Source: an uncultured Alphaproteobacteria bacterium
GTDB taxonomy: Bacteria; Pseudomonadota; Alphaproteobacteria; Rhizobiales; Xanthobacteraceae
Length of the DNA: 64,000 bases
Assembly: GCA_963784325.1 (NCBI GenBank)
Contig: CAWARC010000042.1
Location: forward strand, 26,841 to 90,840
Direction of reading: 5' to 3'
The notes beneath the pieces were generated by a model. It did not search any database. It was not told where the DNA came from and was given only the letters and a program-made list of their open reading frames with translations. A program made the position numbers and the translations under genes. Below are positions 60,866-64,000 of the stretch, one piece after another. Numbering within the stretch: the stretch's first letter is position 1; each line of letters begins with the position of its first letter.

Positions 60866-62143
60866 TCAGTCGTTGCGCTCGACCAGCGCGGCGCGTTCCT
60901 TGCCGACTGTGTCGGCGCTTACGGCCGGTGCGGCATTGCCCCAGGAATTGCGGATATAAGTTACCAGCGCAGCCACTTGGTCGTCCTTCAGTACCCAGGC
61001 GAAAGCCGGCATTCCCGCCCCGGTCGGCGCCGGTTTAGTGGCGACGCTGAGCCCGCCGCGCAGCACGATGTGGATGAGCGTGGTCGGATCGGTCTGCTGC
61101 ACCACGGGCGTGCCGTTCAGCGACGGGAACAGCCCAGGCGTCCCCTTGCCGTCCGCACCGTGGCAACCGGAGCATTCGTCGGCATAAATTTGCGTGCCCG
61201 CTCTCATGGTCGCAGCATCTGGCACGGGCGGGTTTTCCACCTGGCTCTGCTGACCGCTGTCGTCTCCAGGCCGATCCTTCAAGTAAGTCGCGATGGCCTT
61301 GAGATCGTCGTCGCTCATCTTGGACGTTGAGAGATTGATGGTCTCTGCCATCAGGCCGTTGCCGGCAGTGGTCTTGTTATGCCCGGTCTTCAGATAAGCG
61401 GCGACGTCGTCGACCGACCATGAGCCAAGGCCGCGGCGTGGGTCGTTGCTGATATTGGGCGCGAACCAGCCCTGCAGGGCATAGCCCTGCAAAGCTTCGC
61501 TTGTTTTGTCGGCGCCAAGCACATTTTTCGGCGTGTGGCATAGGCCGCAATGGCCGAGGCCTTCGGTCAGATAGGCGCCGCGATTCCACTGTGCGCTCTT
61601 GTTGTGGTCCGGCTCGAACGGCGCGGCTTTGAAGAAGAGTTTATCCCACACCCCCATGCTGGCGCGTATGTTGAGCGGAAACGGCAATTGATCGGCCTTG
61701 ACCGGATTGTGCACCGCCGGAATGGTGTCGAGGTAAGCGCGGATGGCGAGTGCGTCGTCGTGCCTGAGTTTCGTGTAATAAGTATAAGGCATCGCCGGAT
61801 AGAGGCGCTCGCCATGACGCCCGGTGCCCTTGGTTAAGGCGTTGACGAATTCATCGTCCGTCCAGGCGCCGATGCCGGTGACCGGATCGGGTGTGATATT
61901 CGGCGCCATGAGATTGCCGAACGGCGTCTCGATCAGGCGGCCGCCGGCAAAATCGTGGCCGCTGCCCGGCAGCGTATGGCACGCCGCGCAATCGCCGACG
62001 ATGGCGAGGTAACGGCCACGTTCGATCTGGTTGAAATCCTGCTTGTCGATGCCCGCCGCGCTGGCGGCGCAAGGCAAACCGAGCGCGGCGCCAAGCAACA
62101 GCGCACGCGACAGCCTCGGCAAATATGAATTGTCCTCACGCAT
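60866..62143 (-). CDS. Triheme cytochrome c subunit of a membrane-bound FAD dehydrogenase (gluconate 2-dehydrogenase cytochrome c-like)
   Basis: Trimmed to ATG 62143. Three CxxCH motifs (CAACH, CGLCH, CSGCH). Signal peptide ...LLLGAALGLPCAASAAG. Confidence 0.8.
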   Translation of the reverse strand: MREDNSYLPRLSRALLLGAALGLPCAASAAGIDKQDFNQIERGRYLAIVGDCAACHTLPGSGHDFAGGRLIETPFGNLMAPNITPDPVTGIGAWTDDEFVNALTKGTGRHGERLYPAMPYTYYTKLRHDDALAIRAYLDTIPAVHNPVKADQLPFPLNIRASMGVWDKLFFKAAPFEPDHNKSAQWNRGAYLTEGLGHCGLCHTPKNVLGADKTSEALQGYALQGWFAPNISNDPRRGLGSWSVDDVAAYLKTGHNKTTAGNGLMAETINLSTSKMSDDDLKAIATYLKDRPGDDSGQQSQVENPPVPDAATMRAGTQIYADECSGCHGADGKGTPGLFPSLNGTPVVQQTDPTTLIHIVLRGGLSVATKPAPTGAGMPAFAWVLKDDQVAALVTYIRNSWGNAAPAVSADTVGKERAALVERND

Positions 62144-63914
62144 GGACGAGCGGTCCGGGGTTCTTGAGATATTGCGAACGGATCGCGCCGGCCGCCCAGT
62201 AGGCAAGGGCGCCTACCGTGCCGGTCGGGTTGTAGCCGGCGTTCTGCGGAAACGCGCTCGCGCCCATCACGAACAGATTGGGCACGTCCCAGCTCTGCAG
62301 ATAGCGGTTGAGCGCGCTGTTACCCGGATTGTCGCCCATGATGGCACCGCCGTTGAGATGCGAGGTCTGATAGGCCGTGACGTCGTAAGGCGGCTTGCGC
62401 GGACGCTTGACGATTTGCTTCGCGCCCATTGCTTTGAGGATGTCCGCAAACTTGTCGGTGAGGAAGGCGCTCATTTTGATTTCGTTGTCGTGGAAATCGA
62501 GCGTGATGCGGACCAGCGGCCGGCCGAAGCGGTCTTTATAGGTCGGATCGAGGCTCAGATAGTTGTCACGATAGCTGTACATCGAGGCGTGGCACGCCCC
62601 GGGCGAATTGATGGTCGAGAGATAATTGTCCTTGAGAGCCTGTTTCCATTTCGAACCCCAGGCCGGCGTATCCGGAGGCACCGCGGTGGTTTGGATCGGC
62701 CGGCCGCCGGTCTGCACCTCGCCGATATAGCCGCCGCCGACGAAGCCGAGCGGGCCGTGGTCAAAATTGTCGCCGTTGAACTCATCGATGCACATGCCGA
62801 TCGCGCCCGAGGCGACGAATGGATTGAAATTGTATTTGTCCTTGTCGAAGAAGCCGAGCGCGTCCGACATGGTTTGATGGGTGAAATTGCGCCCGATCTG
62901 GCCTTGCCCGGTCGCCGGATCGTACGGCTTACCGATGCCGGACAAGAGCAGAAGCTGCACGTTGAACAGCGAAAATGCGCAAAGCAGTACGAGATCGGCC
63001 GGCTGCTCGAACTCCTCGCCCGAGGAATCGACATAGGTGACGCCGGTCGCCCGTTTGCCCGTGTTGTCGAGATTGATGCGCGTCACCTCGCTGTCGGTGC
63101 GCGCCTCGAAATTCGATTTACGCAACAGCACCGGCAGCACGGTGGTCTGCGGACTCGCCTTAGAATAATTGGCGCAGCCGAACCATTCGCAAAACCCGCA
63201 ATAGGTGCATTGTCCCATCGTGACGCCGAGCGGATTGGTATAGGCTTGCGACAGATTTCCGGACGGTTGCGGGAATGGCTTGTAACCGAGCTGTTGCGCG
63301 GCTTGCGCAAACAGCATGTGGCCATAGCCTTGCTTTTGCGGCGGCGTCGGATAAGGCCGCGACCGCGAACCTTCGAACGGATTGCCACCCTCTTGAATCT
63401 GACCGTTGAGATTGCCGGCCCGGCCGGAGGTGCCGCATAGATATTCAAAGGCGTCGTAATGCGGTTCGAGATCGTCGAAGCTGACGCCAAAATCCTGAAT
63501 TGTCATGTCGGCGGGCAGAAAATTCGCGCCATAGCGCTGCGTCAAATGACTCTTGAGCTTAAAGTCGGTCGGCAGGAAGCGCCACGTCTCGGCATTCCAG
63601 TGCACGCCGGCGCCGCCCGTGCCGTTGCCGAGCATAAACGCGCCCCAGCTTCGCACCGGCAGCGCCGTCTGATTGACGTTGTTGCGGAAGGTCACCGACA
63701 TCTGAGAATTGCGCAGAAACAGCTCATGCTGGATCCGGTAACGCAACTCGTCCTGCATGTAGGAGATCGGAAAGTCGGTCGCGGTGTCGCGCCACGGGCC
63801 GCGCTCGATCGCCACCACGTCGAGACCGGCATCGGTCAGCTCATTGGCGAGAATAGAGCCGGTCCAACCCATGCCGATGATAACGACATCTTTAGAGGGA
63901 AGCTTTCGCGCCAT
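62136..63914 (-). CDS. GMC family FAD-dependent oxidoreductase, large flavoprotein subunit (gluconate 2-dehydrogenase alpha-like)
   Basis: 592 aa. N-terminal FAD fold DVVIIGMGWTGSILANELTDAGLDVVAIERG. 8-nt overlap with the cytochrome c gene. Confidence 0.85.
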   Translation of the reverse strand: MARKLPSKDVVIIGMGWTGSILANELTDAGLDVVAIERGPWRDTATDFPISYMQDELRYRIQHELFLRNSQMSVTFRNNVNQTALPVRSWGAFMLGNGTGGAGVHWNAETWRFLPTDFKLKSHLTQRYGANFLPADMTIQDFGVSFDDLEPHYDAFEYLCGTSGRAGNLNGQIQEGGNPFEGSRSRPYPTPPQKQGYGHMLFAQAAQQLGYKPFPQPSGNLSQAYTNPLGVTMGQCTYCGFCEWFGCANYSKASPQTTVLPVLLRKSNFEARTDSEVTRINLDNTGKRATGVTYVDSSGEEFEQPADLVLLCAFSLFNVQLLLLSGIGKPYDPATGQGQIGRNFTHQTMSDALGFFDKDKYNFNPFVASGAIGMCIDEFNGDNFDHGPLGFVGGGYIGEVQTGGRPIQTTAVPPDTPAWGSKWKQALKDNYLSTINSPGACHASMYSYRDNYLSLDPTYKDRFGRPLVRITLDFHDNEIKMSAFLTDKFADILKAMGAKQIVKRPRKPPYDVTAYQTSHLNGGAIMGDNPGNSALNRYLQSWDVPNLFVMGASAFPQNAGYNPTGTVGALAYWAAGAIRSQYLKNPGPLVHA

Positions 63915-63930
63915 GCTGTCTCCTCGGCGG

Positions 63931-63950
63931 CGCTCGTCGGCGGACGAGCG
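63931..63950 (-). other. Intercistronic GC hairpin between the small-subunit and flavoprotein genes
   Basis: CGCTCGTC-GGCG-GACGAGCG, a perfect 8-bp stem located between the stop at 63951-63953 and the ATG at 63914. Confidence 0.4.
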
Positions 63951-64000
63951 TCAGGATTTCTGCGTCCAGTTCGGATGGTTGGCGATGCCGACCGTCGGCA
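63951..64000 (-). CDS. 3' end of an upstream ORF (position fits the small gamma subunit of the three-subunit dehydrogenase), partial
   Basis: Only 16 codons are visible (...PTVGIANHPNWTQKS*). The assignment rests on gene order only. Confidence 0.3.
   Translation of the reverse strand, partial: PTVGIANHPNWTQKS

Overview
High-GC alphaproteobacterial chromosome segment. Families such as BA14K, DUF1236, SPW-repeat and HWE kinases, plus EcfG-type promoters, suggest a Bradyrhizobiaceae/Nitrobacteraceae-like Rhizobiales; the taxon is inference. Layout: (1) 1-8.3 kb is a visibly AT-richer accessory patch. It holds an IS5-family element (792-2312) inserted into the 3' end of an already frameshifted gene, small secreted/membrane stress-type proteins (phasin-like, SPW-repeat, BA14K, DUF4142), a 15-bp x ~6.4 tandem repeat and several gene remnants. 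(2) 8.3-28.7 kb is a catabolic supercluster: two acyl-CoA-dehydrogenase-fold flavin monooxygenases, an LLM monooxygenase, a LigAB-type extradiol dioxygenase, a Liv-type ABC importer, a TRAP importer, Ldh_2, amidohydrolase_2, class II aldolase, DUF3500 and a frameshifted PaaK-like ligase. (3) 28.7-42.9 kb is one 13-gene minus-strand operon: HyuA/HyuB, a NitT/TauT-type ABC importer with two SBP paralogs, a PhtD-like protein, two degenerate M24-fold proteins, MmgE/PrpD and an alpha/beta hydrolase. (4) 46.2-57.6 kb is a signalling island. Its core is a 2106-aa soluble hybrid histidine kinase whose first ~1200 aa are about 25 concatenated HAMP domains encoded by eleven 276-bp tandem repeats. It is followed by a REC-PAS-HWE kinase-REC protein, a convergent CHASE3 hybrid kinase and an Fnr-like regulator. 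(5) 57.6-64 kb carries PRC-barrel, DUF1236 and zinc-metallopeptidase-like proteins and a three-subunit FAD/cytochrome c dehydrogenase. No rRNA, tRNA, CRISPR or recognisable defence/phage genes were seen. Main hunt results: four exact GGAAC-N16/17-CGTT (sigma-EcfG general stress response) promoter motifs, all intergenic and correctly oriented, one in front of the poly-HAMP kinase operon; a candidate ~85-nt sRNA; a +1 frame break at a CUU-UGA site inside an otherwise tightly coupled operon; a palindromic TTCCCTG motif array; and no recognisable DNA-binding regulator gene across ~48 kb of catabolic genes. All calls rest on reading the translations and DNA by eye; no database search was run.
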